Below, piece by piece: positions 31,812 to 32,000 of a DNA stretch of 32,000 bases; within the stretch, counting starts at the first letter, position 1; each line of letters opens with the position of its first letter. The position numbers and the translations under genes are program-made. The notes under the pieces are model-generated. The model was not told the origin of the DNA. It was given only the letters and a program-made list of their open reading frames with translations, and ran no database searches. This DNA comes from Pseudomonas aeruginosa (GTDB lineage Bacteria; Pseudomonadota; Gammaproteobacteria; Pseudomonadales; Pseudomonadaceae): contig NZ_LN831024.1 in the NCBI RefSeq assembly GCF_001457615.1, positions 2,910,001-2,942,000 on the forward strand, read 5' to 3'.

Positions 31812-32000
31812 ATGCAGGAGCGACATGGCTTACCGTTACGCAGCTTTTCGTCGGGCAAGGCGCTGACCGCGGGACGCGCAGTGCGCCCGGAGGTTGCGCA
31901 GGAGCGGCGCTACCTGCAAGGCGCCCCGCTGGGGCTGGAGTTGCCGGGACGAATCGCCTTGCGCGACCCGCATTGCGCCTGGCAATGGTTCGAGCCGGAG
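31812..32000 (+). CDS. 5' end of a gene running off the window (possibly the first AMB-cluster NRPS gene, ambB, by synteny)
   Basis: The ATG at 31812 follows GGGGGAG (31801-07). The frame MQERHGLPLRSFSSGKALTAGRAVRPEVAQERRYLQGAPLGLELPGRIALRDPHCAWQWFEPE stays open for 63 codons to the window end. There is too little sequence to recognise domains. Confidence 0.4.
   Translation, partial: MQERHGLPLRSFSSGKALTAGRAVRPEVAQERRYLQGAPLGLELPGRIALRDPHCAWQWFEPE

Noticed and set aside
1-32000. A search for CRISPR arrays, tRNA or rRNA genes, integrases, transposases, IS inverted repeats, phage genes and toxin-antitoxin pairs.
   Set aside because: I recognised none of these. The only repeats seen are REP-type palindromes and regulatory dyads. 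The only pronounced compositional outliers I noticed are the short AT-rich promoter islands (about 2095-2124 and 27071-27198), a milder GC dip in the Met-rich gene leader, and the ATG-rich gene itself.

Overview
High-GC (roughly two-thirds G+C) Pseudomonas aeruginosa-type chromosomal DNA. The gene order matches my recollection of the PA2335 to PA2305 region, reverse-complemented, and I found no IS element in it. I can support about 31 protein-coding genes, two of them cut by the window edges. I saw no rRNA, tRNA, CRISPR array, integrase or transposase. Left to right the window contains: (1) a TonB-dependent receptor, a LysR regulator, a CxPSR sulfatase and an AraC regulator. (2) An organosulfur-type cluster with an AhpD-like CxxC protein, an acyl-CoA-dehydrogenase-like protein, an ABC importer with a Tat-signal NrtA/SsuA-like binding protein, and a DszA/NtaA-family flavin monooxygenase, convergent with two SfnB-type oxidoreductases. 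(3) A gluconate module with a GapN-like aldehyde dehydrogenase, gntP, gntK and divergent gntR, carrying three copies of an AGCGCT-containing operator motif. (4) A REP cluster, a cupin, an FAD oxidoreductase, a LysR regulator, a serine hydrolase and an MFS transporter. (5) A 167-aa ORF that is about 40% Met and 9% Cys, with an internal duplication and a perfect bidirectional terminator. (6) A convergent XRE-cupin regulator coupled to a 52-aa ORF. (7) A strongly AT-rich divergent promoter island followed by a TauD-like dioxygenase and a second ABC importer. (8) A LysE exporter (ambA by synteny) and the start of the next gene. The main hunt results are as follows. The hyper-sulfur protein lies among proteins that are almost free of sulfur amino acids: two SfnB paralogs of 411 and 419 aa contain only the initiator Met and 0 or 1 Cys, and a 340-aa binding protein has no Cys and only Met1. 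Two nearly identical sigma54-type -24/-12 elements (15 of 16 nt identical) drive the convergent oxygenase units, and no cognate activator or flavin reductase is encoded in the window. All homology statements rest on motif recognition by eye and recalled family knowledge. No database search was run.
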